The notes beneath the pieces are model-generated. The model did no database searches. It saw only the letters and a list, made by a program, of their open reading frames with translations, and was not told the origin of the DNA. From Selaginella moellendorffii (Eukaryota; Plantae; Lycopodiophyta): a DNA stretch of 64,000 nucleotides. Position numbers and translations under genes: made by a program. Below are positions 62,551 to 64,000 of the stretch, in pieces (within the stretch, counting starts at the first letter, position 1; each line of letters opens with the position of its first letter). The stretch lies in assembly GCF_000143415.4 (NCBI RefSeq), contig NW_003314432.1, positions 62,001 through 126,000 of the forward strand, read 5' to 3'.

Positions 62551-63199
62551 AAGAGAAATTACAAGAGGATATACCCCTCTAAGTGGATCAAGATATTATC
62601 AATGAAGTCAACAGTCATCTCGGCATATCATAAAGAATACGAGTACTTGCTTAGCAAATGCTGTGGTGTTGATCACACACCGCAAGCAATGAAGCCCTAG
62701 GAGTGCATAGCATAACACCTGTCACCATGCCCTCTTCTCTTCCCGGCCACACATGCATCCTGCTCATTGGCCACCACAACATTGAGCCAATATTCCCACT
62801 AACCATGGCCACTGGTCCTGGCCTGGGCTTGGGGTGGCCTCTCCTTTCTGAGAACTATGGCTTCTGAGGCTGCCCCGGGCCTAGGATCAGACGGCTGTGG
62901 GGGTATGGTCCCTTCGTTGTTATTATTATAGATATTTCATGGATACACATTTCAGGTATGAGAAGCATAGCTTTGGGTTGGAAATCCCTGGCCTGATCAA
63001 TAACAGTCTCTTTGCATCACTCCTAACAGATTGGAGCCTAGAGAACAACCAAAAAAAATCAAGAGATAGCCCTCTACCCTTTGAGCTTGTGGAAAGTACC
63101 CTTGCATGGAGGTGGTAGCTGGTTAAACTTGAGAACTTAGCTTGTCTGGAGGACCTACTGTTGCTCTTGTGTCCTTGCCACAAAATCACACTTGCAAAC

Positions 63200-63395
63200 A
63201 TGAATGATTATAAGGTGGTGGAGGATTAGTTTTACAATAACTTTTAAGCATTACTATTATTAAGCTTAGAGAATGTTTTATATGCTAAATTATACTTGGC
63301 AGATAATATTAAGCCTTGGTGGAGAACAAAAGAGGTTAATAAAGGACCAGTGGCCACTTGGGAAATGATAAAAATGAAGATCCGTACAACTTATA
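63200..63395 (+). mobile_element. Short retrotransposon gag-like filler inserted in the copy-2 flank
   Basis: Absent from the flanks of copies 0 and 1. Translates as VLYAKLYLADNIKPWWRTK...VATWEMIKMKIRTTY. Confidence 0.55.
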
Positions 63396-64000
63396 TATCC
63401 AAACATTGAACTAGTAGTTCTCATATTTAAAAGCTTTGAAAATAAATTAGAAACATCTTTTTGCAGAAACCGTCACTCAACTATATGTAATCAACGTGAT
63501 GACCATTATTAAAATGTTTTTAATTTATAAACACAAAATTATTCTACATAAATATCAACAATTAAATTATAGAATATTCAAGAATACCCAAGTATATCCT
63601 ATGTTGGTTTGCTTAAGCAAACCAAAAATATGCCTAAATTGAAGAAATACTCAAAGGTGTAAATGACTATAACTTAACTAAAGCCATAAAAGATAGGTAT
63701 TGTGGAAAAATAAAGAATATAAATATAACAAAATTGATATGTGTGCAAATACTAAACAGGTCATACACCTTATGGGTGTTCTTTGCAAATAGCCTGCAGA
63801 AAATAAGCTATTAAAATAAATATTTGATTTGTAAAGAATACTTTATGCATTAAAAATATGAGCTTATATAGCACTTTTTCTCCATCTAGCATGTCATAGA
63901 GGACATAGTAGCAATCTATTTAAATTATAACTCAATGTAGATTAAAATCACTAAAGGATGATCCTAATGATTCAAAACAACTATTATACTTGTCTCAAAA

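Larger units (their letters stand above)
55391..64000 (+). repeat. Segmental duplication copy 2 (rearranged; runs off the window end)
   Basis: Matches 7389-13205, and 63870-64000 matches 4560-4680. Confidence 0.92.

Noticed and set aside
1-64000. tRNA/rRNA genes
   Set aside because: None recognised. Only PBS-length tRNA complements (~42105-42121 and 46070-46080) were seen.

Overview
This is nuclear DNA from a seed-free land plant, most likely the lycophyte Selaginella. That assignment is inferred from the very short GT-AG introns, the many PLS-class PPR genes and a DYW:WW-type deaminase. The window has three layers. (1) A segmental duplication with three copies of a unit made of [PPR::SEC16 chimera (-), divergent promoter, GH29 alpha-L-fucosidase (+), AT-rich flank]. 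The copies are at ~435-4680 (tail only, carrying a Harbinger element), 7389-13205 and 55391-64000, and they are decaying with different lesions. In the last copy an inversion has created a second in-frame chimera (PPR N-terminus::fucosidase). (2) About 40 kb of nested, degenerate transposons: several Ty3/gypsy elements including an inverted pair, a solo LTR, a short-LTR element with a 4-bp TSD, two PIF/Harbinger elements, and LINE, hAT and MULE remnants. (3) In the middle of the transposon stack, one intact 3.36-kb ORF (32789-36148). It joins an OSB-type PDF ssDNA-binding motif to an array of near-identical 333-nt PLS triplets whose base-specifying residues vary, and ends in a complete E1-E2-DYW:WW cytidine deaminase domain. 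This PDF-PPR-DYW protein is the most interesting candidate system. All homology calls come from motif recognition by eye; no searches were run.
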